This document shows positions 17,511 through 26,304 of a DNA stretch of 26,304 nt, piece after piece. The DNA comes from a bacterium UBP18_UBA7526. Lineage in GTDB: Bacteria > UBP18 > UBA7526. Positions within the stretch are counted from its first letter, which is position 1. Every line of letters begins with the position of its first letter. A model generated the notes under the pieces. That model was not told where the DNA came from. It worked only from the letters and a program-made list of their open reading frames with translations, and searched no databases. Location of the stretch: NCBI GenBank assembly GCA_002478245.1, contig DLMW01000026.1:1-26304 (forward strand), written 5' to 3'. The position numbers and the translations under genes are program-made.

Positions 17511-19094
17511 CTATCGTTTGATCAATAACTTTTTACTTTTTAATTGTTTGAAGGCTTGGGGTAGTTTCTCCAGAAGATCAGAGGCGATGAGGGATTCCTC
17601 CCCTTTCTCCTGACAAGCCAGATCCCCAGCCAAGCCATGGAGATAGACCCCCGTCTTCGCTGCCTCCAAAGGTTCCCTTCCCTGGGCTAAGAAGGAACCG
17701 ATCATCCCGGTTAAAACATCCCCTACCCCTGCCGAGGCCATCCCAGGATTCCCTGTAGGATTGAGGTAGATATCCCCCTCTGGATCAGCGATGACCGTCC
17801 TGGCCCCTTTTAGAACAACGATCACCTTATACTCCAGGGCAAAGCCACCTGCTATCCTTATTCTATTCTCTTGTACCTCTCTTATACTCTTACCAATAAG
17901 CCTCGCCATCTCACCAGGATGGGGAGTAATTATTTTAGTCGGATAGTTCTTTAATATTTTGAGGTGACCAGTGAGGGCATTGAGGGCGTCAGCATCGATG
18001 ACCATGGGAAGTGAGATCCTTCTTATTAGATCCCTTACCAGTCGTTGGGTCTCCTTATTCGTAGATAGTCCCGGGCCAAGGGCAAGGGCATCTACCTTTT
18101 TGGAAAATTCTATTATCTTTTTCTCTCCTTTCAGAGAAAGGGTCTTCTTCTTCGTCTCTGGCAGAGGCAGGGTCATCCCTTCTGTCAGTTTAATCTCCAT
18201 AATCTCATTCAAACTCTCTGGGATGCCCAGAGTGACTAAACCCACCCCGCTTCTTAGGGCCCCGAAGCAGAGGGAAGCGCCTCTAGAGGCTAGGGTTGCG
18301 GCACCGGTCATGCCGATTGAACCAGCGATGACAAAGAGGTGGCCATAGGTTCCCTTATGGGTGTCTGGTCGCCGCGGTTTTAGATAAGAGGAAACCTCCT
18401 CTTTTGTAATAAGATTTACTTTAATCCTTTTATCCTCCAGGAACTTCTTGGGGATTCCGATGCACGCCACCTCTAACTCTCCCACATACTCTGCTCCGGG
18501 ATAGACGACTAACCCAATCTTGGGAAGACCGAAGGTTATGGTCAGATCTGCCCTTACCGCTTCCCCAGAGACCTTACCTGTGCTTCCTTCTACTCCCGAG
18601 GGAATGTCTACGGAAACAACAGGTTTCTCCAAGGTATTGATGAACTCAATGGTCTGGGCTTCTAATCCTTGGGCTGCCCCCTTTATTCCCGTTCCCAGAA
18701 TGGCATCAACGATCAAATCTGACTCTTTGATCTCTTGCCCAAACCTCTTTAGCCTTTGAGAAGTATCTATCTCTATAGTCTCTATTCCCTCTTTTAAAGC
18801 CCTTCTTAGATTGATCTTCGGGTCTTTTTTAAGTTCTTCCTTCCTGGCTAATAGAAATACTCTAATCCTTGTCCTCTCTTTTACTAAGAGGCGAGCGACC
18901 ACCAGTCCATCCCCCCCATTATTCCCCTTACCACAGAAGATAGAGACCCTCTTTCCTCTTAAAGGAGCATAATGGGATTTAATTGCTCTGGCTACCGACC
19001 TTCCCGCATTCTCCATAAGTTCTAGAGAAGGAACCCCAGAGGCAATGGTCTTTCTATCTATCTCTCTCATCTCTTGGGTGGTAACAACCTTCAT
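17511..19094 (-). CDS. nnr: Bifunctional NAD(P)H-hydrate epimerase/dehydratase
   Basis: LMENAG, CGKGNNGGDG, VDAILGTG, HKGTYG, ALGPGL, DADAL, TPHPGEM, LKGA, GDVLTG. Confidence 0.95.
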   Translation of the reverse strand: MKVVTTQEMREIDRKTIASGVPSLELMENAGRSVARAIKSHYAPLRGKRVSIFCGKGNNGGDGLVVARLLVKERTRIRVFLLARKEELKKDPKINLRRALKEGIETIEIDTSQRLKRFGQEIKESDLIVDAILGTGIKGAAQGLEAQTIEFINTLEKPVVSVDIPSGVEGSTGKVSGEAVRADLTITFGLPKIGLVVYPGAEYVGELEVACIGIPKKFLEDKRIKVNLITKEEVSSYLKPRRPDTHKGTYGHLFVIAGSIGMTGAATLASRGASLCFGALRSGVGLVTLGIPESLNEIMEIKLTEGMTLPLPETKKKTLSLKGEKKIIEFSKKVDALALGPGLSTNKETQRLVRDLIRRISLPMVIDADALNALTGHLKILKNYPTKIITPHPGEMARLIGKSIREVQENRIRIAGGFALEYKVIVVLKGARTVIADPEGDIYLNPTGNPGMASAGVGDVLTGMIGSFLAQGREPLEAAKTGVYLHGLAGDLACQEKGEESLIASDLLEKLPQAFKQLKSKKLLIKR

Positions 19095-19106
19095 CTACCT
19101 ACTTTC

Positions 19107-19484
19107 TTACTTTTTTATTGCTATGGCCTGAGCGATAGCATACTCTCTTGTGTGGGACATGGATACCCGGACTTCATCTATCCCTAATCTCTGGGCAATC
19201 TCTCTGGTCTTTCCTACTAGCTTTATCTCTGGCTTCCCATCATTATTATGGACAATCTGGATATCTCTCCATCTCACCCCTCTTCTCCACCCCGTTCCCA
19301 GGGCCTTCATCACCGCCTCCTTGGTGGCAAAATGGGCCCCATAGAACTGGTATCTATCCTTCTTCCTTTCCCCTCGCGCAATCTCTTCCTCAGTAAAGAC
19401 CCTTCTTAAGAATCTACTATTATTGTCAATGGCTCTTTTTATTCTTTCTAGGGCAACAATATCTATTCCCACACCCTTAATCAT
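19107..19484 (-). CDS. acpS: Holo-[acyl-carrier-protein] synthase
   Basis: GVGIDIV, FATKEAVMKALGTG, GKP, SMSH. Confidence 0.95.
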   Translation of the reverse strand: MIKGVGIDIVALERIKRAIDNNSRFLRRVFTEEEIARGERKKDRYQFYGAHFATKEAVMKALGTGWRRGVRWRDIQIVHNNDGKPEIKLVGKTREIAQRLGIDEVRVSMSHTREYAIAQAIAIKK

Positions 19485-19504
19485 CCCATTTTCCTTTATA
19501 ACAC

Positions 19505-19533
19505 ATTATACTACATCGACAACCTTTTCGCAA
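19505..19533 (-). promoter_or_regulatory. Sigma70 promoter for the acpS cluster
   Basis: TTGCGA-17 bp-TATAAT on the minus strand. Confidence 0.75.
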
Positions 19534-19535
19534 CA

Positions 19536-19565
19536 TAAAAAGCCCATCCCGAAAAGGGATAGGCT
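19536..19565 (-). terminator. Intrinsic terminator after yvcK
   Basis: AGCCTATCCC-TTTTC-GGGATGGGCT then TTTT: 10-bp stem with one G-U. Confidence 0.8.
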
Positions 19566-19612
19566 CTTAGAATAGTTGGGTAAAGACTATCTAGGCCAAA
19601 TGGTGTCTTTAG

Positions 19613-20893
19613 CTAAGTCGAAAGAAAGAAGATCTTCATAATGGCCCGGGCCAACTTATCCGGCTCATGGCGCAGGTAATCCTTGGTACTCATGAGATTT
19701 GCCTTAACTACCTTAACCCCCAATTTCTTTAATCTCTCTTCATCCACCTTTACGGGAAAGGCCCTCTCCTCCTCATACCTCTTGGCGAGTTCTGAAGGGG
19801 CCTGACTGATATTGACCAGGGCATAATCCAGAAACCTACTCCCAGTATGTCTATAGATGGCCTTTACATGATCAGAAGCAGAATAGTTGTCTGTCTCTCC
19901 CGCCTGGGTCATGATGTTACAGACATAGATCTTAATGGCCTTTGAGTTCTCTATGGCCTCTATCATCCCTTTTGTTAAAAGGTTGGGCATGACGCTGGTA
20001 TAGAGGGAGCCAGGACCGATAACAATTACCTCTGCCTCCCTTATGGCTTCCAGGGTTTCTGGATAGGAAGGAGCATCAGAAGGCAAGAGGGAGAGCCTCT
20101 CTATCTCACCTCCTGCCTCGGGAATCTCCGCCTCCCCCTTTATTACCCTCCCGTCCTTCATCTTCGCCTGGAGGGAGACGTCGCTTAGGGTAGAGGGAAG
20201 GACCCGACCCCGGATGGCCAGTACCTTGCTCGTAGCCCTTACAGCACTGGCAAAGCTCTTGGTCACCTCACTTAAGGCAGCGATGAAGAGATTCCCAAAG
20301 GAGTGACCCTCTAACTCACTGGGGCCTTTGAACCTATGCTGAAAGAGGTCCGCCATCAGGGGTTCGGTATCTGCCAAGGCCACCAGGCAGTTCCTGATAT
20401 CCCCTGGAGGAGGCATAGCGAAGTCTCGACGCAATCTTCCCGAGCTTCCTCCAGAATCGGCCATGGTAACAATGGCAGAAAGATTAGAGGTGTACTCTTT
20501 TATCCCTTTTAAGAGGCTAGAGAGGCCATGTCCCCCTCCAATACCTACTACTCTTGGGCCGCGGCGGAGCTGCCTCTTCTCATAGGCCACATCGACCAGA
20601 TCCCTCTTCTCCTGGGGAGCAAAAAGAGAATAGATGGATTTCAATAACCGTTGCAGACCCAAAGCGATACAGATTGCACCCAGAAAGATAATGAGCATAA
20701 CCAGAGGCCTCTTTACTAGGGCCTCGGAGAGAAAGACCCTCTCAAAGCCCTTCACAAACTGAGGAGGCTGAGGAAGGCGCAATAGGCCACCCAATCCTGT
20801 TCCCAGGAAGATGATCCCGACAAGCAGAAGGAATATCCATCTCTTAATGAGCATCCCAGGATAGAACCACTTCAATATCTTCTTTAACTTCAC
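19613..20893 (-). CDS. yvcK: YvcK/GlmR-family (gluconeogenesis factor, UPF0052) protein with two N-terminal TM segments
   Basis: GGGHGLS, DSGGSSGRLR, PPGDIRNCL, GHSFGNL, GPGSLYTSV, NIMTQAGET, RHEPDKLA. Confidence 0.9.
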   Translation of the reverse strand: MKLKKILKWFYPGMLIKRWIFLLLVGIIFLGTGLGGLLRLPQPPQFVKGFERVFLSEALVKRPLVMLIIFLGAICIALGLQRLLKSIYSLFAPQEKRDLVDVAYEKRQLRRGPRVVGIGGGHGLSSLLKGIKEYTSNLSAIVTMADSGGSSGRLRRDFAMPPPGDIRNCLVALADTEPLMADLFQHRFKGPSELEGHSFGNLFIAALSEVTKSFASAVRATSKVLAIRGRVLPSTLSDVSLQAKMKDGRVIKGEAEIPEAGGEIERLSLLPSDAPSYPETLEAIREAEVIVIGPGSLYTSVMPNLLTKGMIEAIENSKAIKIYVCNIMTQAGETDNYSASDHVKAIYRHTGSRFLDYALVNISQAPSELAKRYEEERAFPVKVDEERLKKLGVKVVKANLMSTKDYLRHEPDKLARAIMKIFFLST

Positions 20894-20919
20894 TCCCTTA
20901 GATCTCCTTTTAAGCCCTT

Positions 20920-20944
20920 GGCTGATCCGCCTCTGGCGGAAACC
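20920..20944 (+). repeat. 25-bp REP-like palindromic element, copy A
   Basis: ggctga-tccgcc-tct-ggcgga-aacc; its reverse complement matches 23455-23479 at 24/25. Confidence 0.9.
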
Positions 20945-20957
20945 AATATTAACCTAT

Positions 20958-21677
20958 CTATCTTCTCCTTTTAATTAGATCAAGCATCTCTCGGACCGCT
21001 TTTCTCATCCCCACCATTACTGCCCGGGCGATGATGTTATGGCCGATGTTCAACTCCTCTATCCCAGGGATTTTGGCTATGGGCAAGACATTCTGAGAGG
21101 TGAGGCCGTGACCTGCACTTACCTTGAGGCCTGATCCTTGCGCCTCCCTGGCTGCCTGGGAAATGCGCTTGAGTTCTTTATCCTTTCTTTTTTTACTTCT
21201 TGCTTCTGCATAGCATCCGGTATGGAGCTCCACCATCTGGGCACCGGTCTGGGCAGAGGCCTTGATTTGCTTTAGATCCGGGTCTATGAATAGACTAACA
21301 AGGATTCCTTCCTTTCTTAATCTCCTGACCGCTCTGGAAACCTTCCTTAAGTTTTTCGCTACATCCAATCCCCCTTCCGTAGTTAGTTCTCGCCTCTTCT
21401 CCGGAACCAGGGTAGCCTGATCTGGTCTCACCCTACAGGCAATCTTCAGCATCTCTTCCGTTATCGCCATCTCTAAGTTGAGCCTCTTGACCTTCTTCTT
21501 CAGAATCTCTACATCCCTATCCTGGATGTGGCGCCGATCCTCCCTTAGATGAACGATAATAGAGTCTGCTCCTGCTTCTTGAGCCAGGAGGGCAGCCTCT
21601 AAGGGATTGGGCTCTTTTGCCTTCCTGGCCTCCCTTACCGTAGCCACATGATCCACATTCACTCCCAGTCTAACCAT
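20958..21677 (-). CDS. pdxJ: Pyridoxine 5'-phosphate synthase
   Basis: [54 protein letters not shown]. Confidence 0.97.
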   Translation of the reverse strand: MVRLGVNVDHVATVREARKAKEPNPLEAALLAQEAGADSIIVHLREDRRHIQDRDVEILKKKVKRLNLEMAITEEMLKIACRVRPDQATLVPEKRRELTTEGGLDVAKNLRKVSRAVRRLRKEGILVSLFIDPDLKQIKASAQTGAQMVELHTGCYAEARSKKRKDKELKRISQAAREAQGSGLKVSAGHGLTSQNVLPIAKIPGIEELNIGHNIIARAVMVGMRKAVREMLDLIKRRR

Positions 21678-21700
21678 CCTCTGCCTCGTTTATCTAACAG

Positions 21701-21714
21701 AAGTATCGATACTT
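21701..21714. promoter_or_regulatory. Perfect 14-bp palindrome upstream of pdxJ, possible operator
   Basis: aagtatcgatactt is self-complementary; function inferred only. Confidence 0.3.
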
Positions 21715-21717
21715 GAT

Positions 21718-22653
21718 TTACTCCTGGAAGATTATCTTGCTGCCCAGGGTGACCTCAAAGAGGGGAGGGGTGACAGAGACCACCTCAACCTTGGCAGGGG
21801 TGGTAACCTCGGGCTTCAATCTATATGTTCCCCGAGAGAGATCACTGACATCTATGGCTATGGTGATATCCGTAGCCTTCAAGGCCGCCAGCGCTTCCTG
21901 GGGCCCCCTTAAAACCAGGGCGGCCTTCTTCTCCTTTAAGCGGGCCTCAAGGAGTGAGGAAGGGGGTTGCATAATCTTAACTGGTACATCGGTGAAGCTC
22001 TTCTCCACCAGCTCCTGGACCAAATCTATCACTACCTGAATGGGTACCTCCCCCATAATCTTCAGACCCTTCTCCGCCAGATCTGCCTTCACCACCTTAG
22101 TGATGCTTCCCGAGATATTGCTCACATCTATAGGAGTAGTCGGTATTCCCGCCAAGGCCGCAACTCTCCCCTCCGGACCTGAGACCTCAAGACTCTTGGG
22201 GCTGGAGGTGATCTTCCTTATCCCATAACCAGAGGCCGGCTTCCCCAGGATAGTGGGCTTTATCTCAACCTCTCTAGTAACCAAAGGCTCTAAATTGACC
22301 GCGACCGCCCGCGGTGTTATCTCAACCACCCTCACCCCTTCCGGACATTTTATCTTGAAGTCCTCTGAGGGATAAAGGAAATGGCCCTTCTCCTTTCCTT
22401 TAAGATCGAGGTAGACCTTGATCTGCTTCCTCTCTAAGCCCAAGATGATCTTGCGTGGACCCTGGAGGCTTACCGAGATCGTCTCTGGGGTTATGCTGGG
22501 GATAAGGTTGGTGGGAATATTACAGAAATCGAGTGGTATCTCACCGAAAGAGATGGGCTCCCCCTGCTGGCCCAAGACATAGAAGAATAATGCTAAGGCA
22601 CAGGCCAAAGAGGCCAATTTAATACCCAGGTTGTGACGAAACCAATTCCTCAT
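21718..22653 (-). CDS. cdaR: CdaR/YbbR-domain regulator of diadenylate cyclase
   Basis: N-terminal TM (NLGIKLASLACALALFFYV) followed by beta-rich YbbR-like repeats; overlaps the cdaA stop. Confidence 0.88.
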   Translation of the reverse strand: MRNWFRHNLGIKLASLACALALFFYVLGQQGEPISFGEIPLDFCNIPTNLIPSITPETISVSLQGPRKIILGLERKQIKVYLDLKGKEKGHFLYPSEDFKIKCPEGVRVVEITPRAVAVNLEPLVTREVEIKPTILGKPASGYGIRKITSSPKSLEVSGPEGRVAALAGIPTTPIDVSNISGSITKVVKADLAEKGLKIMGEVPIQVVIDLVQELVEKSFTDVPVKIMQPPSSLLEARLKEKKAALVLRGPQEALAALKATDITIAIDVSDLSRGTYRLKPEVTTPAKVEVVSVTPPLFEVTLGSKIIFQE

Positions 22654-23420
22654 CTTTTCAAAACCTCCTTAGGGCGAAGTAGGAGGTTCTTCACTGTCTC
22701 AGAGAGGGTAGTCAGATCCAGATCCCTAGTCAGCCTCCCCCCAACCGCCAGGGATATCTTCCCCGTCTCCTCTGAGACAACAATTACTACCGCATCCGTC
22801 TCCTCTGAGAGACCCAGAGCCGCCTTATGCCTCATCCCCATCCTGGGAGGAACATCTGGATTTCTAGTAAAGGGTAAAAGACACCCGGCAGCAGCGATTC
22901 TATTACCCTGGATGATGGCCGCGCCATCGTGAAGCGGGGTAGTAGGTAGGAAGATGGTGGATAGTAGTTCCCGACTCACCTCGCTATCGAGCCTTATCCC
23001 AGTCTCGATGTAGGTCTTTAATCCTGCCTCCCTCTCTATAGCGATGAGCGCCCCCTTCTTCTTCTTGGAGAGGATATCTACCGCCTCCATTATCTCATAA
23101 AAATAGCCGGGTTTGGCTTCTTTTAAAAACCCTCTAAAAAAGCGCCTCTGACCAACCTCGGCCAAGGCCCTCCTTATCTCTGGCTGGAAGAGGACGACGA
23201 AGGCTAAGACGAAGACCGGCCAGAACTTCCCGATAAGGAAGTTGAAGGCATTCAGTCCCAATCTTTGGGCAATGAAGGCCACGATAACCAAGATGATCAG
23301 ACCCTTCAAGACCTGGATCGCCCTGGTTCCCCTTACCAATAAGAAGAGCCAATAGAAGAGGAGGGTTACCACCAAGACGTCAATGAGGTATAATCCATAC
23401 CTTAGAATTGCTCCTCTCAT
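22650..23420 (-). CDS. cdaA: Membrane diadenylate cyclase
   Basis: Three N-terminal TM segments, FQPEIRRAL, TPLHDGA (DGA), GMRHKAALG (RHR-like motif), VVSEETG. Confidence 0.95.
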   Translation of the reverse strand: MRGAILRYGLYLIDVLVVTLLFYWLFLLVRGTRAIQVLKGLIILVIVAFIAQRLGLNAFNFLIGKFWPVFVLAFVVLFQPEIRRALAEVGQRRFFRGFLKEAKPGYFYEIMEAVDILSKKKKGALIAIEREAGLKTYIETGIRLDSEVSRELLSTIFLPTTPLHDGAAIIQGNRIAAAGCLLPFTRNPDVPPRMGMRHKAALGLSEETDAVVIVVSEETGKISLAVGGRLTRDLDLTTLSETVKNLLLRPKEVLKR

Positions 23421-23454
23421 CCTTCTCTCACTATATCCGAGGAAATTGGTTTGC

Positions 23455-23479
23455 GGTTTCCGCCCGAGGCGGATCAGCC
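23455..23479 (-). repeat. 25-bp REP-like palindromic element, copy B (opposite orientation)
   Basis: ggtt-tccgcc-cga-ggcgga-tcagcc. Confidence 0.9.
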
Positions 23480-23493
23480 TTAAATAACACTAC

Positions 23494-24696
23494 TCATCGT
23501 TTGAGGAGAATGGCGTCTGTCATATCCACCACCCTCTTCATCTCAAGTACATCGTGAACCCTTATAATATCTGCCCCATTCAAAATAGAAGCGGCCACCG
23601 TGGCCGCTGTTCCTTCTAACCTCTCCTCTACTGGGAGGTTCAATATCTTCCCGATCACCGATTTTCGGGAGGGACCGACCAGTATCGGCCGGCCCAAAGA
23701 TTTGAATTCTGAGAGTCTCTTAAATATCTCTAAGTTATGTTCTGTTTTCTTTCCAAAGCCGATCCCGGGATCGATGATTACTTTCTCCTCATCTATCCCT
23801 TTCTCCTTGGCAAAGGCGATCCTCTCTCTTAAGAAAGAGATTATCTCACCCACTACATCCCCATATCGGGGATTCTTCTGCATATTGCGCGGCTCACCCT
23901 GCATATGCATCAGGACCAAAGGGGCCTTATATCTTGAGATCACCTGGCTCATTCCCCTATCCATCCTCAGAGCGCTGATATCGTTCACCAGGGAGGCCCC
24001 AGAGTCCAGGGCCGCCTCTGCCACGACGCTCTTATAGGTATCAATGGAAATGGGGAGGTCGATCCTCTTAACAAGTTCTTTAATCACTGGGATGGTCCTT
24101 CTCATCTCCTCTTTTAAGGGGACGGGCTGGGCGCCGGGTCTAGTTGACTCCCCACCAATATCAATGATGTCCGCTCCCTCCGAGGCCATTCTCTCTGCCT
24201 GCTTAAGAGCAGAATCTATCCTATTATACCTTCCTCCATTGGCAAAGGAGTCTGGGGTGACGTTTAAGATACCCATGATCAGGGTTCTTTTGCCAAGCCG
24301 TAAAGTATATTTCCCGCATTCTATCTCCCATCTCTTACGTTTGAGATTGGTAAGAAGATCTTCCAGCTCCCCTCTAATCTCTGCCAAACCAAAGGGCTGC
24401 CTCCTCAATTTCTCAATGAGCAATCGGTAATGCCTCTCTGTCCCCAATAATAGCACATCCGATCTTTTTCTCCTTAAATCGATCACCCCCCGACTAATGG
24501 CCGCCTCTGCCCCTAAGGATAATGCCTCCTGCTTCAGTATATTGGCTGCCTGGGGTTTAATCTTTTCTAATCTTATGGCAAAGGAAAGGGCCTTGGGGGC
24601 CATGAGCCTTATCCCATAGGAGTCGACCCCGATCCTCTTTAACTCCTTCCTTGCTCGAGAAAGATCATCAATAATTACCACCCGTGAATTATGCAA
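23494..24696 (-). CDS. folP: Dihydropteroate synthase with about 130-aa N-terminal extension
   Basis: IMGILNVTPDSF, DIGGESTRPG, SIDTYK, DPGIGFGK, SRKS, RVHDV. Confidence 0.95.
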   Translation of the reverse strand: MHNSRVVIIDDLSRARKELKRIGVDSYGIRLMAPKALSFAIRLEKIKPQAANILKQEALSLGAEAAISRGVIDLRRKRSDVLLLGTERHYRLLIEKLRRQPFGLAEIRGELEDLLTNLKRKRWEIECGKYTLRLGKRTLIMGILNVTPDSFANGGRYNRIDSALKQAERMASEGADIIDIGGESTRPGAQPVPLKEEMRRTIPVIKELVKRIDLPISIDTYKSVVAEAALDSGASLVNDISALRMDRGMSQVISRYKAPLVLMHMQGEPRNMQKNPRYGDVVGEIISFLRERIAFAKEKGIDEEKVIIDPGIGFGKKTEHNLEIFKRLSEFKSLGRPILVGPSRKSVIGKILNLPVEERLEGTAATVAASILNGADIIRVHDVLEMKRVVDMTDAILLKR

Positions 24697-24746
24697 AATA
24701 GGTCCTCACTTCCCACATAGGAAATTGGATATTGGAAATTCTCTAT

Positions 24747-25301
24747 TTAGCCCCTAATCAAAGATAAGGCCTCTGCGCGAGCAGCGGTCCTCTTTCGGAA
24801 GACCCCTCTTACAGCAGAGGTGATGGTCACTGAGCCTGGCCTCTTTATCCCCCTGATGATCATACAGAGATGCTCAGCCTCCACTACCACTAAGACCCCC
24901 TGGGGCCTTAAGGTATCCATAATGGTATCTGCGATCTCCTTGGTCAGCCTCTCCTGTATCTGGGGTCTCTTGGATAGAATATCCACCACCTGGACCAGCT
25001 TCGATAAGCCGGTCACCCTTCCTCCACCAGGGATATAGGCAAGATGGATCCGACCATAGAAAGGTAAAAGGTGATGCTCACAGATGGAATATAGGGGGAT
25101 GTCCTTAACCAGGACCAACTCATCATGCTTTATAGGGGCAAGGGTAAGGACCTTCCGGGCATCCTTTCCCATCCCAGAGAATATCTCGCTATAGAGCTCT
25201 GCCACCCTCTTGGGAGTATCTACTAAGCCTCTCCTCTTAGGGTCTTCGCCAATGGCCTTCAGGATGTCTTGAATCGCCCGGGCTATCTTTTTCTTATTCA
25301 T
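24747..25301 (-). CDS. folE: GTP cyclohydrolase I
   Basis: [30 protein letters not shown]. Start set at ATG 25301; the GTG at 25310 lies inside a repeat. Confidence 0.95.
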   Translation of the reverse strand: MNKKKIARAIQDILKAIGEDPKRRGLVDTPKRVAELYSEIFSGMGKDARKVLTLAPIKHDELVLVKDIPLYSICEHHLLPFYGRIHLAYIPGGGRVTGLSKLVQVVDILSKRPQIQERLTKEIADTIMDTLRPQGVLVVVEAEHLCMIIRGIKRPGSVTITSAVRGVFRKRTAARAEALSLIRG

Positions 25302-25314
25302 ACTGTTCACTGAT

Positions 25315-26304
25315 TTATCTCTTTCTCTTGGGAAACTCCTTCTCGATGCCCACTAGTTCCGCCGCTTCTTCCCCATCCATGACCTCTCTCTCCAACAGGG
25401 TCTCGGCCAAGAGTGTAAGCTTCTTCTTATTCTTCCTCAGTAGCTCCATGGCCCGGGCATAACACTCATCCACGATCTTACGCACCTCCTGATCTATGGC
25501 CCGAGCGGTCTCCTCACTATAATCCTTTACCTCTGTTATGTCCCGTCCTAAGAATATCTCTTCGTGTGGCCTACCAAAGGTGAGGTGTCCCAGCTTCTCA
25601 CTCATCCCATACCTGGTCACCATCCTCCGTGCCTCATCCGTAACCTCCCTGAGGTCAGACTGGGCACCGGTCGATACCTCATTGAAGATAATCTCCTCAC
25701 TTGCTCTCCCTCCCAGGGTCTTAGTAATCTCAGCCATTAATTTCTTCTTAGTAGAGAGGTATCTATCCTCTATGGGTGGGGTGATGGTATAACCCAGGGC
25801 CAGACCCCTCGGCAGGATAGATACCTTATGGAGTGGATCGGCCTCTGGTATCAGAAGGGCCAGAAGGGCGTGACCTGATTCGTGATAGGCGGTTATCTCC
25901 TTCTCCTCCTTGCTGATCACCCTTGACTTCCTCTCCGGGCCGGCCATGACCCGATCTATGGACTCCTCAATCTCCTCCATGGTCACCAGTTTCTTATTTT
26001 TTCTGGCTGCTAGAAGTGCGGCCTCATTGGCCACATTGGCCAGATCCGCTCCCGAGAATCCCGGTGTTCTACGGGCGATGACCTTAAGGTCCACATCCGC
26101 ATCTAGGGGGATCTTCCTGGTATGGACCTTTAGTATGGCCTCCCTTCCGTTTAGGTCTGGTCGATCGACAACAATGCGTCGATCGAATCTCCCCGGCCGC
26201 AGTAGCGCCGGATCCAGGACATCCGGCCGGTTGGTGGCGGCGATTAGGATCACACCTTCATTGGGATCGAAGCCATCCATCTCAACAAATAGCTGATTCA
26301 GGGT
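25315..26304 (-). CDS. ftsH: ATP-dependent zinc metalloprotease FtsH, C-terminal part
   Basis: [37 protein letters not shown] zinc motif, GGRASE; frame open to the window end. Confidence 0.97.
   Translation of the reverse strand, partial: TLNQLFVEMDGFDPNEGVILIAATNRPDVLDPALLRPGRFDRRIVVDRPDLNGREAILKVHTRKIPLDADVDLKVIARRTPGFSGADLANVANEAALLAARKNKKLVTMEEIEESIDRVMAGPERKSRVISKEEKEITAYHESGHALLALLIPEADPLHKVSILPRGLALGYTITPPIEDRYLSTKKKLMAEITKTLGGRASEEIIFNEVSTGAQSDLREVTDEARRMVTRYGMSEKLGHLTFGRPHEEIFLGRDITEVKDYSEETARAIDQEVRKIVDECYARAMELLRKNKKKLTLLAETLLEREVMDGEEAAELVGIEKEFPKRKR

Noticed and set aside
1070-26296. All + strand ORFs in the supplied track (for example 8829-9812, 10455-10994, 11886-12401)
   Set aside because: They lie antisense to well-conserved minus-strand genes and show no recognisable motifs; shadow ORFs.

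Overview
Housekeeping region with every supported gene on the minus strand, probably from a diderm bacterium (LolA-like protein, pdxJ) that I cannot place taxonomically. In transcription order: ftsH (partial)-folE-folP-cdaA-cdaR-pdxJ-yvcK | acpS-nnr-CBS-larC (N-half only)-DUF362/4Fe-4S-LolA-like-tsaE-tsaB-rimI | ilvD-ilvB-ilvN-ilvC-leuA-leuC-small CxxC ORF-leuD-leuB-(four-helix-bundle pseudogene)-Nudix-asd-truA | rplM (partial). The unusual content is at gene junctions and in protein loops: (i) short cassettes bounded by inverted 7-bp repeat arrays between ilv/leu genes, one carrying a decayed four-helix-bundle (Avd/IVS-protein-like) gene; (ii) a 108-bp element present twice, whose three hairpin substitutions all preserve base pairing on the + strand; (iii) heptamer arrays read in frame inside leuC and tsaB; (iv) repeated small palindromes with 3-nt spacers. 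I infer a repeat-guided micro-cassette system colonising essential operons. No transposase, integrase or reverse transcriptase is encoded in the window, so mobility is not shown.
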